DNA of 61,485 bases, the filler included, from Choristocarpus tenellus KU-1152 (Eukaryota > Protista > Phaeophyceae), in the NCBI GenBank assembly GCA_964200185.2. It is 8 parts of 8 records of this genome, joined end to end, with 100 filler letters (N's around TTAATTAATTAA, not from the genome) between each part and the next. Parts side by side here need not be neighbours in the genome. Positions count along the whole stretch, not along the records: positions 58,196 to 61,485 come from CAXNAD020021001.1; 7 more parts are not named here. The stretch is one strand, 5' to 3'. This document shows, piece after piece, positions 60,400 through 61,485 of this stretch. The notes beneath the pieces are model-generated. The model saw only the letters and a program-made list of their open reading frames with translations, was not told the DNA's origin and did not search any database. A program made the position numbers and the translations under genes. The number at the start of each line of letters is the position of its first letter. Position 1 is the stretch's first letter.

Positions 60400-61485
60400 C
60401 TTTTACTGCCACTGTGGCAACAGAAGAAAAAAAGTATTTGTGAATCTGTGGTTATCACCCTGGTGGAATATAGATGCCTTGCCTTTCCCAGTCCAAGCCG
60501 CTCCCCTCTCCCCCCCCCTTCCCCCCCCCCCCACCCCTCCCTTTTTTCCCCGCCCCCCTTAAACCCACAAAGAAAAAAACATTTTTACGAACCGGAAGAG
60601 GGCGGGTAAGGGAACTGTGCTTGCTCAAGGCCTGGCTATCTGGGGTGTGGACGCAGCCCTGTTGACCCTGCAAGAGGTGATTGGAGTTTGAGTTGGTAGA
60701 GGCGTTAGCGGTACAGGGAGTGCCGTTTTTGTGTCAATGAGTGTTATCTTTATAGTTCTGTCCGAGGTTTCGATTTTTGGGAAAGGCGTTTTTTTATGCG
60801 ACTCCTCGTTATTATTGTTTATTCTTGTTCAAGCCTGTACTTCTTCCTTCCTGATTTTTTTGTGTGGGATCCTTCCCATCTTAAGGAGGGCGTTAAAAAT
60901 ATGAGAGCTGCTGCTACTGTACTTGGGTTGTGCTTCGATTGGATTGTGTAGTTGTCCAGCAGCGTAAGATTGAAGGTGGAGTGACCAGTGGTTAGCAGTA
61001 GTACACCTGAACCCAACAGGTGGTAAGCAAGGGGTGAACGGATTGAGTGCATCGATCGATAGTAATCATACTGGTGCAAGAGTCAGTTTCAGTAGGTCGT
61101 GTGAGAAGTAGCAGTGCTCCTGACCACAGGCCGAGATGATCCCCAGACTAAGTGACAAGTATTACAATAGTAGTAGTAATGATGTGTTGCATGTCTTATT
61201 TTTCATGTCCACACCTCTCTTTCAGTAACCTCCCTCTTGGTCAATCCGAAGTAAGAATTAGAAGTACCTTGTCCGAGCACTGTCGAGGACTTTACATGGA
61301 CTCTTTTGTCTGCCCCATGTTTTTTCGGCCGCACCCATGACTGCCCTCTTCCACCCCCTCTCCAAAAATACCTTCTCTCGTGGAAACCCTGCCCCCCCCC
61401 CCCCCCCCCCCCCCCCCTCATGGGGGGCCCCTCCCCCGGGCGGGGGGGGGGGGCTGTTTGTGAGTGTGGGGTTAGTTTTTTTTTT

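Overview
Eukaryotic, intron-rich genomic DNA. It is most likely a stramenopile, probably a brown alga or close relative; this is inferred from gene content, intron density and TTAGGG-type repeats. The window is eight pieces joined by seven artificial 100-nt linkers (44 N + TTAATTAATTAA + 44 N), so synteny across linkers is not meaningful. Genes reconstructed by hand from splice sites and reading-frame phase: (1) the 3' half of a SERCA-type Ca2+-ATPase (+, 11 exons, 325-8952); (2) a convergent, tentative minus-strand multi-exon gene of unknown function whose stop may lie only 41 bp from the SERCA stop; (3) a three-exon fungal-type Zn(II)2Cys6 transcription factor (+, about 891 aa); (4) a 13-exon, 5'-truncated minus-strand gene encoding a discoidin/CBM32-like module plus a pectin-lyase-like right-handed beta-helix, with 7 of 13 predicted acceptors being AAG; (5) the 3' end of an ankyrin-repeat gene. 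The rest is mostly decayed transposons: two RLE-type (CRE-like) non-LTR fragments, a Copia integrase, several IS630/Tc1/mariner transposase relics, a possible Harbinger relic, a diverged tandem triplication, and about 17 copies of two non-autonomous TIR families that share termini and subterminal motifs and have apparent 4-bp TSDs (Sola2-like). I found no rRNA, convincing tRNA or CRISPR array.
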